Below are positions 39,627-49,923 of a DNA stretch of 64,000 bases, piece by piece (position 1 is the first letter of the stretch; every line of letters starts with the position of its first letter). The notes beneath the pieces are model-generated. The model was not told the DNA's origin and ran no database searches. It was given only the letters and a program-made list of their open reading frames with translations. The translations under genes and the position numbers were made by a program. The DNA is from an uncultured Gammaproteobacteria bacterium. Its GTDB lineage: Bacteria > Pseudomonadota > Gammaproteobacteria > JAADHQ01. The stretch covers positions 35,550-99,549 of the forward strand of contig CAMYJO010000004.1 in the NCBI GenBank assembly GCA_947258755.1. The letters run 5' to 3'.

Positions 39627-40055
39627 GAAAATTTTATTTCCGTTTTCATTCATCCACTGCTCATATATTTGACCTGATTCCGGCGTTAACTCTTGCCCCA
39701 CTTCTTTGATTAAATCATCTTCAATCATATATCGTGCTTCTCCTTCTACGACAAGATCTGGCGCACCAGTTAATGTATATATAGCGCGCCATTTTCGATT
39801 TAGCCGATTACCTTCCACTCTAGGATCAGTCAAAGCAATTAGTGTTCTTGATCTAAATTTTCGATCAGTATTTTCCACACTCTCTTTTAAATGGTTGATA
39901 ATGTTTGCTGGGCCTTTCAACTTTCCTTTCTGTTCTCCTACGTCGAGATAGGTTGCATCGTCTGCAAAGTACTTTTCGAGCCTTGTCCAATCATCATCCA
40001 CGATTGTACGCTCAAAATCTGCCGCAAAATTTTCAAAGACTACTTTAATGTCCAT
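39621..40055 (-). CDS. NTF2/SnoaL-like protein (cassette)
   Basis: DW..LEKYFADDATY, G...I; stop codon lies inside attC R''. Confidence 0.7.
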   Translation of the reverse strand: MDIKVVFENFAADFERTIVDDDWTRLEKYFADDATYLDVGEQKGKLKGPANIINHLKESVENTDRKFRSRTLIALTDPRVEGNRLNRKWRAIYTLTGAPDLVVEGEARYMIEDDLIKEVGQELTPESGQIYEQWMNENGNKIFA

Positions 40056-40071
40056 AATTTCTATATTGTGC

Positions 40072-40155
40072 GCCTAACGCGCTAATAAGTGGCCGCCGCT
40101 TTTTGGCGGTCCAAGCCCACGCCTTTTGTGGGCGGACTTAATTTAATTGTTAGGC
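40072..40155 (-). other. attC site (84 bp, branched terminal structure)
   Basis: Minus strand GCCTAAC-AATTAAATTAAGT...ACTTATTAGCGC-GTTAGGC with two internal hairpins. Confidence 0.82.
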
Positions 40156-40157
40156 TT

Positions 40158-40511
40158 TTATATACTTTTTCCATCGAATATATCAATATGTAGTTCATTA
40201 GTATCTATGTTATCAATACAGCCTAAGTTTACCCTATAGTTGCCAGGTATACGCATAGTTTCATGGAATGGGTAGATTCCACATGTATTACAAAAATAAT
40301 GTTTGGCAACCTTTGTATCAAATTGATATACACTTAATACGTCTTGTTTAGCTTTTATTTCAATTTCTGCTGGTGTTAGAGTAAATTCGGACATAACAGC
40401 ACCTTTACGCCTGCATATTGAGCAATTACATCTTAAGCCGCTTTCGATTTTGTTATGTTCAAAAGAAAAATTGATATTTCCGCAATGACAGTTTCCCTTG
40501 TATTTGATCAT
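40158..40511 (-). CDS. GFA/CENP-V family zinc protein (cassette)
   Basis: GNCHCG, CNCSICRRKG, HYFCNTCG, VNLGC. Confidence 0.88.
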   Translation of the reverse strand: MIKYKGNCHCGNINFSFEHNKIESGLRCNCSICRRKGAVMSEFTLTPAEIEIKAKQDVLSVYQFDTKVAKHYFCNTCGIYPFHETMRIPGNYRVNLGCIDNIDTNELHIDIFDGKSI

Positions 40512-40528
40512 TATTTTTCCTTTAATGA

Positions 40529-40580
40529 GACTAAAAGTATGATAACCGAGACCCCGGGGTCTCGTTATCGTGTTTTAGGG
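40529..40580 (-). other. atypical palindromic cassette recombination site B
   Basis: GACTAAA-AGTATGATAAC-CGAGACCCCGGGGTCTCG-TTATCGTGT-TTTAGGG, nearly identical to site A. Confidence 0.75.
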
Positions 40581-40991
40581 ATTGTTTTCCCCAATGCACG
40601 TTGCACATTCCATTACCGATGGATCGTTGCTCCATGCGAGGATCTTTTTCCGCCCTTCTTCAAGAAGTACAAACAGCTGTTCCGAGAACTCTGGGATTGG
40701 GCGATTCTTAATGAGATTTTCTTGTTTCCAGTACCTGTCTCTGCCGCGATCCTGAGAAGCGCACAACCATAGATTAAACGTGAGCAGGTCCTCGGACGCT
40801 AGATAGAGTTGGATTAGACAGCGGACATTATTGTTATTCCAGAGCATAGACCTTTCAGGCCAATCCTTTTGGTTTCGGGTTACCTCCAAGCCGTTAGATG
40901 CCGCGAATTCGCTTATTATTGAATCCACAGCAAGCAATGGCATTTCCATCTTTTGCCACTGTTGTTCATTGAAGTAGCCGCAGTTTGCCAT
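40575..40991 (-). CDS. hypothetical protein (first cassette)
   Basis: 138-aa ORF between core GTTAGGG (41008-41002) and inverse core CCCTAAA. Confidence 0.7.
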   Translation of the reverse strand: MANCGYFNEQQWQKMEMPLLAVDSIISEFAASNGLEVTRNQKDWPERSMLWNNNNVRCLIQLYLASEDLLTFNLWLCASQDRGRDRYWKQENLIKNRPIPEFSEQLFVLLEEGRKKILAWSNDPSVMECATCIGENNP

Positions 40992-41001
40992 TCTTTTTTA
41001 C

Positions 41002-41119
41002 CCCTAACAGTTGCATTAACGAGACCCCTTGTCTCGTTATACATTTTATCGAGACCTCGATGTACCATTATTTTCTATTGTATTTAAATAATATAACCAT
41101 TTTCTGTCCCGTTATACAT
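41002..41119 (-). other. attI-like site at the array head with four TAACGAGAC-like boxes
   Basis: CCCTAAC-AGTTGCATTAAC-GAGACCCCTTGTCTCGTTATACATTTTA; further boxes at 41047-41056 and 41106-41119. Confidence 0.6.
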
Positions 41120-41317
41120 CTCAGGAAAACGTGACAGGTCAAACTTATGATTTTTTTATATAAATATGTGAATATCGGCGATTAAGCACATATGCCGAGT
41201 GTAGCTTCGGGTCAAATACCGCGACATCATATTTCAATATAAACGAACACTTTCAGTATTGTCGGCCATAATCTTTGTGCAAAATTGCCACGCTATGGTT
41301 ACAAACACAGATAGAAT

Positions 41318-42307
41318 TTAGCCCTTCAGCAAATACTCCAATGCCGGCTGCATACGCTTGACACAAGCATAGCCTTCATCGATTGCGACACCGGCCTCAT
41401 CAAAATCCATCAGCCCCATTGTCGACAGCCTTGGCGCTATAATGATATCCGGCGGGTCTCCTGCCATGCGACTGCGGGTGATGCGGTCCTGCATGATATT
41501 GATCGAGCTTGCCAGCACATCAAACAAACCGGGTGAATCCGCATTTTCGCCAAACAGGCGAGATAACAGGATGTCCTTATGATTACTCAGACTAGTCTTT
41601 AATTGTGATGACACCCTGTCCCATAGCGCGCTGCCTTGCTGCACATCTGTTTCCGTTGTACTTTCCGTTGATGCATCATCATCGCGAAAGTGTTTACCAA
41701 CAATTTCACCATTCAGGTTAACGGCAATGACGACATCGGCCCCCATCGCCCGACATAGGGATACCGGCACCGGGTTAGACAGGCCTCCGTCCACCAACCA
41801 CTGCTCGTGCATCTTGAACGGGGTAAACACACCCGGCAAGGCGACCGATGCACGCACAGCATCCAGCACGGGCCCATCCTGAAACCAAACCTCTTGGCCG
41901 CTTTGTAAATTAGTAGCGACGGCACCGAAACGCCGAGGTAATGCATCGATGCTATCTATATTGATATAGTGCCGGGCAAGTTCAACCAATTTATCGCCAT
42001 GGATAAATCCGCCGCCAAGCACAGACAGGTCGATGTAATTGATGATCTCCTTCCATTGGAGAGTACGCGCCCATTGCTCCATTGCATCGATTTGTTCGCA
42101 GGCATAGGCCGCACCGATAAAAGCCCCTACCGAACTGCCGGCAACAACATGCGGCTCTATACCAATATTCTTCAGCGCCTGGATAACCCCGATATGCGCC
42201 CAGCCACGCGCCGAGCCGCTACCCAGGGCAAGTCCGATACAACGACCTTCGCTTTTACATTTTTCAAGTTGCATCGTTTTAAGCTTACCTGAGTGTTGAT
42301 TATTCAA
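41318..42307 (-). CDS. patatin-like phospholipase (RssA family)
   Basis: LGSGSARGWAHIG, GSSVG, VDGG. Confidence 0.9.
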   Translation of the reverse strand: MNNQHSGKLKTMQLEKCKSEGRCIGLALGSGSARGWAHIGVIQALKNIGIEPHVVAGSSVGAFIGAAYACEQIDAMEQWARTLQWKEIINYIDLSVLGGGFIHGDKLVELARHYINIDSIDALPRRFGAVATNLQSGQEVWFQDGPVLDAVRASVALPGVFTPFKMHEQWLVDGGLSNPVPVSLCRAMGADVVIAVNLNGEIVGKHFRDDDASTESTTETDVQQGSALWDRVSSQLKTSLSNHKDILLSRLFGENADSPGLFDVLASSINIMQDRITRSRMAGDPPDIIIAPRLSTMGLMDFDEAGVAIDEGYACVKRMQPALEYLLKG

Positions 42308-42361
42308 TGATACGGCATATGAAAAATGCGTCTTAGATAAATCGAGGCGCAGCCATATGCT

Positions 42362-43936
42362 CTATATAGCCGGCATCAGCATGCCCCGAATGGTAAAAAA
42401 TATCATGGCAGCCATCAGTGCTGATGCCGGCACCGTAATAACCCAGGCCAGTACAATTTTCAACAAACTGGTTCGCTTGACCAGCTCCATGCGGTAGGCG
42501 CGGCGTAGCCCCTTGCGTTCACGATTAGTGATGCCGGTACTCTCAGATGTTTGCTTCAGTTCCTTTAGCATGACACCTTTGTCTACAACTGAAGCCTGTT
42601 CGAACTTAAGCAAAAAGCTGTCGACCGCCTCTTTGTTCTGACCTTCATGGTGATGACGAATTTCAGCGAGCATCTGTGCGTAGTTGCTCTTGATAAATTC
42701 GCGCAAAAAGCCGACGCCAAATATACCGCCCACTGCTATGTGGGTAGAACTGACCGGTAGGCCGAGCTGACTGGCTATAATAACCGTTATAGCGGCCGCC
42801 ATGGCGACACAGAAGGCACGACTCTTATCAAGCTCTGTGATTTGAGAGCCTACCGTCCGTATCAATCTGGGTCCATACAGCGCCAGCCCGATTGCAATAC
42901 CGATTGCACCTATCAACATCACCCAAATAGGTATGGCTGCTTTTTTGGCAATGCCACCACTCTGGATTGCATCGTTGATGGCAGCCAGCGGCCCGACGGC
43001 GTTGGCCACATCATTGGCGCCATGGGCAAAACTAAGCAGGGCTGCTGCAAAAATCAGTGGGATCGTGAACAGACTGTTGACGGCTGATTTGCTATTGGGC
43101 AATGTATGCTGACGTCGCTTGATCCAATATTGAACCGCAAAATAAACCACTACTGCGACAGCAAAGCCAACTATCAGCGCTTCGCTGAAGCCGAATTTCC
43201 AAAGTTTCTTCAAACCCTTCAGCATTAGATAAGTACTAAAGGTCCAGGCCATCAAACCGACCAGTATAGGCACCATGCGTTTTGCCGCCAGCTTCATATC
43301 CTGTCGATACATGATGGTGCGTTTGATGATAAACAGAAACAACGCGGCGATGATGCCGCCCAGGACAGGTGATATTACCCAGCTGGCTGCGATGGCACCC
43401 ATCGTTTTCCATTCCGCGATCGCAAATCCACCTGCGGCTATTCCGGCACCCAGAACACCGCCAACGATGGAATGCGTTGTCGACACCGGAGCACTCAGGT
43501 AGGTTGCGATATTCAGCCAGATAGCGGCAGCCAGTAAAGCGGCAAGCATAAGCCAGATAAACGTGTCCTGATCACCGATTTGCGCCGGATCGATAATATC
43601 CTTTTTAATCGTACCAACGACATCGCCCCCGGCTATCAATGCACCTGACGCTTCGAATATCGCAGCAATAATAATCGCGCCGGTCATGGTCAGCGCCTTG
43701 GAGCCCACTGCAGGACCAACATTATTGGCGACATCGTTGGCGCCGATATTCATGGCCATGTATCCACCGATGACAGCCGCAACAATTAATATCGTATGAC
43801 CGGATATACTACTGGCACTCATCGTGGTAAATAATATGATGCCCAGCATGAACAGCATCCCTACGCCTATGCGATAAAGATCACTGCGCTCAAAGCCTGT
43901 GGCTTTCTTTTTTCTACGGGGATTTATTATTTTCAT
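42362..43936 (-). CDS. PiT-family inorganic phosphate transporter
   Basis: Two GANDVAN motifs and two PVS(T/S)TH motifs. Confidence 0.92.
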   Translation of the reverse strand: MKIINPRRKKKATGFERSDLYRIGVGMLFMLGIILFTTMSASSISGHTILIVAAVIGGYMAMNIGANDVANNVGPAVGSKALTMTGAIIIAAIFEASGALIAGGDVVGTIKKDIIDPAQIGDQDTFIWLMLAALLAAAIWLNIATYLSAPVSTTHSIVGGVLGAGIAAGGFAIAEWKTMGAIAASWVISPVLGGIIAALFLFIIKRTIMYRQDMKLAAKRMVPILVGLMAWTFSTYLMLKGLKKLWKFGFSEALIVGFAVAVVVYFAVQYWIKRRQHTLPNSKSAVNSLFTIPLIFAAALLSFAHGANDVANAVGPLAAINDAIQSGGIAKKAAIPIWVMLIGAIGIAIGLALYGPRLIRTVGSQITELDKSRAFCVAMAAAITVIIASQLGLPVSSTHIAVGGIFGVGFLREFIKSNYAQMLAEIRHHHEGQNKEAVDSFLLKFEQASVVDKGVMLKELKQTSESTGITNRERKGLRRAYRMELVKRTSLLKIVLAWVITVPASALMAAMIFFTIRGMLMPAI

Positions 43937-44029
43937 TATTTGCCTTTTTATACGAGGCCTCTGGCCTCAGAGAAAAAGCATACGGACTTAAACGTTACTA
44001 CTACTTATTATATTTACAACGGTTAAGAA

Positions 44030-45085
44030 TTATTTATCTTTGCTGTCTTCAGATTCTGACTTATCGTCTTTGCGCTCGATATCCTCTTCGTCAGCTTCAG
44101 ATTCCATGGCCTCCATTTCGGCCTCGATACGGTCGATCTCGGCATCCATTTCTTCTTCGCTCATGGCCAGAAAGTCTTTGTCATCGGCTGGATCATATTC
44201 CTGGTGACCTGATTCATTCACTGTTTCATCTGCATCATCCACATGGCCGTCATCCTGGGTCTCTGCATTTGCAGTCGCAGTTGCTGTCGCCGCGACCACA
44301 CCGGCACCAATACTATGGTCTTCGTCTTCCTCTTCTTCCTCATCGCGGACCGGGACATAAATGCGCGCAAAGATAACGCCTAACTCAAACAGTATCCACA
44401 TCGGGATTGCCAATAGTGTTTGCGAAATAATATCGGGAGGCGTCAGCAGCATGCCGATGACAAAGGCGCCGACAATGATATACGGGCGCTTGGTCGTAAG
44501 ACGCTCCGGTGTGGTAGCGCCACTCCACACTAGCAAGATGGTAGCCACCGGCACCTGGAATGCCAGACCGAAGGCAAAGAAAATGGTTAATACAAAATCC
44601 AGGTAGCGACTGATATCGGTCATGACCGACACCCCTTCAGGTGCCGCCCCGGTTAAGAAGCCAAACACCAGCGGGAATACAACGTAGTAGGCGAATAACA
44701 TGCCGAGGTAAAATAATATTGAACTAGCGATGACCAGGGGGCCTGCCATTTTTCTTTCATGTCCATACAAGCCCGGCGCAACAAAGCTCCATAACTGATA
44801 AAGAATAAATGGCATGGACAGAAATATAGAGGCCATCATCGACAACTTGAATGGCGTCAGGAACGGTGATGCCACATCGATGGCAATCATCTGACTGCCT
44901 TCCGGCATATGTTTCATCAATGGCCCGGCGACGTAGGAATACAGGTCGTTAGAGAAATAAAATAAACCGAGGAAGATAAAGATGACACACAGAACTATAC
45001 GCAACAGGCGGTCGCGCAGTTCAAGTAGATGAGCAATAAACCCCATCTCTTCATCGTTGCTATTATTGTTTTCGGGTTCCGTCAT
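44030..45085 (-). CDS. tatC: Tat translocase subunit TatC with acidic C-terminal tail
   Basis: [22 protein letters not shown]. Confidence 0.95.
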   Translation of the reverse strand: MTEPENNNSNDEEMGFIAHLLELRDRLLRIVLCVIFIFLGLFYFSNDLYSYVAGPLMKHMPEGSQMIAIDVASPFLTPFKLSMMASIFLSMPFILYQLWSFVAPGLYGHERKMAGPLVIASSILFYLGMLFAYYVVFPLVFGFLTGAAPEGVSVMTDISRYLDFVLTIFFAFGLAFQVPVATILLVWSGATTPERLTTKRPYIIVGAFVIGMLLTPPDIISQTLLAIPMWILFELGVIFARIYVPVRDEEEEEDEDHSIGAGVVAATATATANAETQDDGHVDDADETVNESGHQEYDPADDKDFLAMSEEEMDAEIDRIEAEMEAMESEADEEDIERKDDKSESEDSKDK

Positions 45086-45428
45086 CTTTGTCGGGCTTTT
45101 GTACGGATTTTTCTATTGAGTTGACCTGCTGCTCAATTTCGTCTTTATTTTTGACCAGGTATTCCTGCTTGGCCTCATGCAAGGCATCCTTGGTTTCCTC
45201 AATGATGTCATGCAAACCGGTGGAGTCCTGTTGTTCTTTGAGAATTCGCTTGAGCTCATCGGCTGCGAATTCTTTATTGATATCATCTTTAACCGAGGAT
45301 ACGAAGCGACGCGCCTTGCCCAGATAGAGGCCCAGCTTGCGTGCCACGCCGGGCAGGCGTTCCGGACCGATAACCAGCAAGGCCACTACCATGATTATCG
45401 CAAGTTCCCAGAAACCTATATCAAACAT
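45063..45428 (-). CDS. tatB: Tat translocase subunit TatB
   Basis: [15 protein letters not shown]. Confidence 0.95.
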   Translation of the reverse strand: MFDIGFWELAIIMVVALLVIGPERLPGVARKLGLYLGKARRFVSSVKDDINKEFAADELKRILKEQQDSTGLHDIIEETKDALHEAKQEYLVKNKDEIEQQVNSIEKSVQKPDKDDGTRKQ

Positions 45429-45488
45429 AACGGGGTAACCAAAAGATAACGAATAGCGTATTCAGCCTATCCGTCAGTTGAGTGGCAA

Positions 45489-45716
45489 TCAAACCTTGTC
45501 TTTATCCTTTTCGCTACTGGTGACTTCACCTTCAATCACATTGGATTGTTTGTTTTCTTCCAGTTTTTCAGCATCGGTTTCACCGTCCTTGACCGACTTT
45601 TTGAAACCCTTGATGGCCCCACCCAGATCCGAACCCAGGTTCTTCAGTTTCTTCGATCCGAACAATAACAATACGATTGCAAGGATGATTAATAATTGCC
45701 AAATACCAATACCCAT
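45489..45716 (-). CDS. tatA: Tat translocase subunit TatA
   Basis: [21 protein letters not shown]. Confidence 0.95.
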   Translation of the reverse strand: MGIGIWQLLIILAIVLLLFGSKKLKNLGSDLGGAIKGFKKSVKDGETDAEKLEENKQSNVIEGEVTSSEKDKDKV

Positions 45717-45782
45717 AATTTAATGCTCCAACAAATTTTCTTTTAATACTGCCAATCAATACCAGCGCAGGCCGGTGGCTTG

Positions 45783-46106
45783 CTACTGTGTACGGCCGGC
45801 CTTTTCATCAATACCGGAAATGCCAAACCTTTTATCCAGTTCCTGCAATACATCATCCGGACCCAGTCCCTGACTCGCCAGCAACACCAGGGTGTGAAAC
45901 CACAGGTCTGCTGTTTCGTGAACGATCTTGTCGGCCTGCCCGTCCTTCGCGGCCATGACCGTCTCGGTCGCCTCTTCACCGATTTTCTTTAAAATCGCAT
46001 CCAGGCCCTTGCTGTATAAACCGGCGACATAGGAACTCTCCGGGTCAGCCTGCTTGCGCGCCTCGAGAATCTCGGCCAGCTTGTTAAGTATATCACTCAT
46101 CGACAT
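45783..46106 (-). CDS. hisE: phosphoribosyl-ATP diphosphatase
   Basis: [22 protein letters not shown]. Confidence 0.95.
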   Translation of the reverse strand: MSMSDILNKLAEILEARKQADPESSYVAGLYSKGLDAILKKIGEEATETVMAAKDGQADKIVHETADLWFHTLVLLASQGLGPDDVLQELDKRFGISGIDEKAGRTQ

Positions 46107-46280
46107 GCCTCACAGACTGTTAAATTATATAATAATCAATATGTTAATACTTGATCCCGCGGAATAAGGGCAACCGGCCCTGTCAAGCGGGTAAAACGCA
46201 GCCTAGCTTAGCATTTTGTGACTAAGCAATATAGCCGTATCGCCTTGATTTCTGACCAAAATGACTAGCACCCAGCGCGA

Positions 46281-46667
46281 CTATTTATAGATGTCTTTCG
46301 GGTCCTTGATGACTGCCTCGACCTCGCGCCATTCACCATCCTGTAATTGTTTAAAAAAGCAGTTATGCCGACCGGTATGACAGGCAATGCCACCCCGTTG
46401 TTCAACTGAAATCAGGATGACGTCATTATCGCAGTCAAGACGAATGTCCTTGATCACTTGCTGGTTACCGGACTCCTCGCCTTTATGCCAGAGCCTGTTA
46501 CGCGAACGTGACCAATAGACGGCATGACCGGTCTCTACGGTCAATTGTAGCGATTCCCGGTTCATCCACGCAAACATCAGCACCTTGCCGCTATCGGCTT
46601 CCTGCGCAATCACCGGCACCAAGCCATCGCTGGTCCATTTGATGTCGTCTAACCATTTTTCAGACAT
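46281..46667 (-). CDS. hisI: phosphoribosyl-AMP cyclohydrolase
   Basis: [27 protein letters not shown]. Confidence 0.95.
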   Translation of the reverse strand: MSEKWLDDIKWTSDGLVPVIAQEADSGKVLMFAWMNRESLQLTVETGHAVYWSRSRNRLWHKGEESGNQQVIKDIRLDCDNDVILISVEQRGGIACHTGRHNCFFKQLQDGEWREVEAVIKDPKDIYK

Positions 46668-46703
46668 ATATTACCTATCGCTTTTAGTGAGCTAGTACTA
46701 ACT

Positions 46704-46808
46704 CGCGAGTAGCTGGTTGCTAGTAGCGAGTAGCTAGGTCTAGGTATTTTTACCTCGCTACTAGCCACTAGATCCTAGCCACTGTTCTTTCGCCACTAGC
46801 AACTCGTT
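46704..46808. repeat. inverted array of CTAG-containing heptamers
   Basis: GAGTAGCTGGTTGCTAGTAGCGAGTAGCTAG ... CTCGCTACTAGCCACTAG; same family as 15947-16032 and 47595-47622. Confidence 0.7.
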
Positions 46809-47580
46809 ACTTTCTAATCTCGATACCTTGCCCAGCCATAAACTGTTTGGCTTCGCCGACGCTGTATTCTGCAAAATGAAAAATACTGGCGGCCAGTACG
46901 GCATCAGCCCCGCCCTTGGTGACACCATCGGCGAGATGCTGCAGGTTACCAACACCGCCCGAGGCGATCACCGGGATATTAACGGCCTCACAAACGGCAT
47001 GGGTCAGATCCAGGTCAAATCCGATTTTCGTGCCGTCACGATCCATGCTGGTCAACAATATTTCACCGGCACCATAGGACTGCATACGTTGCGCCCACTC
47101 TATGGCATCGATACCGGTCGGTTTGCGTCCACCGTGGGTAAATATTTCCCAGCGTTTTTCCTCGCCCTCGGCACTGACCTGTTTGGCATCGATGGCAACG
47201 ACAATACACTGCGAGCCGACCTTGTCGGCGGCCTCTTTGACGAATTCGGGATTGAATACTGCCGCGGTATTAATAGCCACTTTGTCGGCACCGGCATTCA
47301 ACATACGGCGGATATCATCTACCTTGCGGATACCGCCACCGACCGTGAGCGGGATAAACACCTCGCTGGCCACGGCCTCGACCACGTGCACAATCGTTTC
47401 GCGGTCGTCTGAACTGGCGGTGATATCCAGAAAGGTAATCTCATCGGCACCTTCCTTATCATAACGCCGGGCAACCTCGACCGGGTCGCCGGCATCGCGT
47501 ATATCGACAAACTGCACGCCTTTAACTACGCGACCATTGTCGACATCAAGACAGGGTATGATTCTTTTTGCCAGAGCCAT
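46807..47580 (-). CDS. hisF: imidazole glycerol phosphate synthase cyclase subunit
   Basis: [29 protein letters not shown]. Confidence 0.97.
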   Translation of the reverse strand: MALAKRIIPCLDVDNGRVVKGVQFVDIRDAGDPVEVARRYDKEGADEITFLDITASSDDRETIVHVVEAVASEVFIPLTVGGGIRKVDDIRRMLNAGADKVAINTAAVFNPEFVKEAADKVGSQCIVVAIDAKQVSAEGEEKRWEIFTHGGRKPTGIDAIEWAQRMQSYGAGEILLTSMDRDGTKIGFDLDLTHAVCEAVNIPVIASGGVGNLQHLADGVTKGGADAVLAASIFHFAEYSVGEAKQFMAGQGIEIRK

Positions 47581-47650
47581 GTCTAACAGACCCGTTGCTT
47601 GTAGCTAGTGGCTAGTGGCGAGGAAAGGCCTGACAGACAAATATTATTGT

Positions 47651-48391
47651 TCATTTGTTGGCTAGCTCGTCGGACAGTTTCTGGCCTGCGGCAAAATCGA
47701 GGGTGCCTTCATAGATGGCGCGGCCGGTGATGGCGCCCATAATGCCCTCTTCTTCAACCGCACACAGCGCCTTGATATCTTCGAGATTGGTAATACCACC
47801 GGAAGCAATCACCGGTATATGGATCGCCTGCGCCAGGGCGACAGTGGAATCCACATTGACGCCGGTCATCATGCCATCGCGACCGATATCGGTATATACA
47901 ATCGCTTCGACACCGTCGGCCTCAAAACGTTGCGCCATATCGATGACATCATGATTGGAAAGCTTTGACCAACCATCGACGGCCACTTTGCCGTCTTTTG
48001 CATCCAGACCGACGATCACATGGCCCGGAAATTCAACACACAGATCACCAATGAAATGTGGCTCATTAACGGCCTTGGTGCCGATAATCACATATTGCAC
48101 GCCGGCATTGAGATAGGCCTGCACGGTTTCTTCGTCGCGAATTCCACCGCCCACCTGAATCGGTAGATCGGGGAAGCGCTCGGCAATACGATGGATGACT
48201 TCGGCATTGACAGGCTTGCCTGCAAAGGCACCGTTCAGGTCCACCAGGTGCAAGCGTCGGGCGCCGGCATCAACCCACCTGGCCGCTACTTCAACCGGGT
48301 CATCGGAAAAAATGGTTTCATCGTCCATTTTACCCTGTCGTAATCTGACACATTTTCCATCTTTCAGATCGATGGCAGGTATCAATAACAT
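47651..48391 (-). CDS. hisA: ProFAR isomerase
   Basis: [27 protein letters not shown]. Confidence 0.97.
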   Translation of the reverse strand: MLLIPAIDLKDGKCVRLRQGKMDDETIFSDDPVEVAARWVDAGARRLHLVDLNGAFAGKPVNAEVIHRIAERFPDLPIQVGGGIRDEETVQAYLNAGVQYVIIGTKAVNEPHFIGDLCVEFPGHVIVGLDAKDGKVAVDGWSKLSNHDVIDMAQRFEADGVEAIVYTDIGRDGMMTGVNVDSTVALAQAIHIPVIASGGITNLEDIKALCAVEEEGIMGAITGRAIYEGTLDFAAGQKLSDELANK

Positions 48392-48426
48392 TACTCTATC
48401 CTCGTTGACTTAGAACAAATTAAAAA

Positions 48427-49077
48427 CTAATCCACGCGGCCATCCCATTGCAAAAAATTCTGCAACAGCTTGAGGCCTGATTGCGCACTCTTTTCAGGGT
48501 GGAACTGCACTGCAAACATATTATCCCTGCAAGCTGCGGCCACAAATGGCAAACCATAATCACAGGTTCCAGCGACCTCATCGGGATCCTCGGTCGTCAC
48601 ATAGTAACTATGCACAAAATAGAAACGACTGTCCTGAGCGATTCCCTGCCAGAGTGGATGCGGCCGTGCCTGGTGCAACTGGTTCCAACCCATATGCGGA
48701 ACCTTCAGGCGTTCATTGCTGATCGGATCGATATGCGGATCGGGGAAACGCTTGACCTGACCAGGCAATAAACCTAGGCCGGCTGTACCACCATCTTCTT
48801 CGCTGAAGTCCATCATCACTTGCAGGCCCAGACAAATGCCGAGAAAGGGCTTGTGCCCCATTTGCTGCAACAGGATCTGATCTAGATTGCGTTGTTTCAA
48901 TGCTTCCATGGCATGGCCGATCGCCCCCTGGCCGGGGAAGACGATATGATCGGCCGCCTTGATGTCGGCGGCCTCATCGGTGATCTTTATGCGCGCACGC
49001 GGATCAACGTGTTCGAGTGCCTTGGCAACCGAACGTAGATTCCCCATTCCATAATCAATGACAGCAACCAGGCTCAT
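48427..49077 (-). CDS. hisH: imidazole glycerol phosphate synthase glutaminase subunit
   Basis: DYGMGNL, GICLG, FVHSY, QFHPEKS. Confidence 0.97.
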   Translation of the reverse strand: MSLVAVIDYGMGNLRSVAKALEHVDPRARIKITDEAADIKAADHIVFPGQGAIGHAMEALKQRNLDQILLQQMGHKPFLGICLGLQVMMDFSEEDGGTAGLGLLPGQVKRFPDPHIDPISNERLKVPHMGWNQLHQARPHPLWQGIAQDSRFYFVHSYYVTTEDPDEVAGTCDYGLPFVAAACRDNMFAVQFHPEKSAQSGLKLLQNFLQWDGRVD

Positions 49078-49095
49078 ACTTCAATCACTCGAAAA

Positions 49096-49689
49096 TTAAA
49101 GACTGCCTTTGGTGGAAGGTAGCTTATCACCCATACGGACATCATGCTCCAATGCCGAACGCACTGCACGACCAAAGGCCTTGAAAATAGTTTCGGCAAT
49201 GTGATGGGCGTTAACGCCACGCAGACTATCAATGTGCAAGGTCGCCTGAGCATGATTAACGAAACCTTGAAAAAATTCGTGCAGCAGGTCGACATCAAAG
49301 TCACCAATGCGCGCACGCGGGTAACTGACATGGTATTCGAGCCCGGGTCGGCCGGAAAAATCGATGACCACCCGTGACAAGGCTTCGTCCAATGGCACAT
49401 AGGCGTGACCATAACGACGAATACCCTTCTTGTCGCCAATCGCCTCGCTAAAGGCCTGGCCCAAGGTGATACCCACATCCTCGACGGTGTGATGGGCATC
49501 GATATGTAAATCACCTTCAGCAACGACATCCAGATCGATCATGCCATGACGGGCGACCTGATCGAGCATGTGCTCCAGGAAGGGCACTCCGGTTTTGAAT
49601 GTTGACTGACCACTGCCATCAAGATTGATACTGACCTTGATTTTGGTTTCCAGAGTGTCGCGGCTAATAGAGGCCTTACGCTCGGACAT
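49096..49689 (-). CDS. hisB: imidazoleglycerol-phosphate dehydratase
   Basis: [21 protein letters not shown]. Confidence 0.97.
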   Translation of the reverse strand: MSERKASISRDTLETKIKVSINLDGSGQSTFKTGVPFLEHMLDQVARHGMIDLDVVAEGDLHIDAHHTVEDVGITLGQAFSEAIGDKKGIRRYGHAYVPLDEALSRVVIDFSGRPGLEYHVSYPRARIGDFDVDLLHEFFQGFVNHAQATLHIDSLRGVNAHHIAETIFKAFGRAVRSALEHDVRMGDKLPSTKGSL

Positions 49690-49923
49690 GCAATTTACTC
49701 CAATTCCTCACCCTGTATTCTACTGAATTACCAAGGTTATTACAGATAGGTTCATAATTCTGCATAGAATAACCGGATATCGGCATGGATTAAACAATGA
49801 ATTTGATAAAAATAGCCCGAGAATAAGGCTTTACAGAAAAATTGTGTATTTTTGTCAATCATTATTGATTAATCTGCCAGCATTTGCTGAAATAGAATAC
49901 CTATCCTGATTAGTTGCTGACTT

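Larger units (their letters stand above)
36122..41119 (-). mobile_element. integron cassette array without integrase (CALIN), 8 co-oriented genes
   Basis: AT-rich, same-strand genes each preceded by a GTTRRRY-type core; five attC sites and three CGAGACCCC-type sites; no tyrosine recombinase in the window. Confidence 0.88.

Noticed and set aside
38735-41060. CRISPR array suggested by recurring palindromes
   Set aside because: Copies are separated by whole genes (0.4-1.7 kb) rather than 30-40 bp spacers, and there are no cas genes.
20584-41310. Classical tRNA-integrated island or prophage
   Set aside because: No integrase, phage genes or duplicated tRNA 3' end seen.
41120-41317. intI remnant or Pc promoter
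   Set aside because: No ORF or recombinase motif; the minus-strand TTGACC/TATAAC pair is spaced 20 bp, too far apart for confidence.
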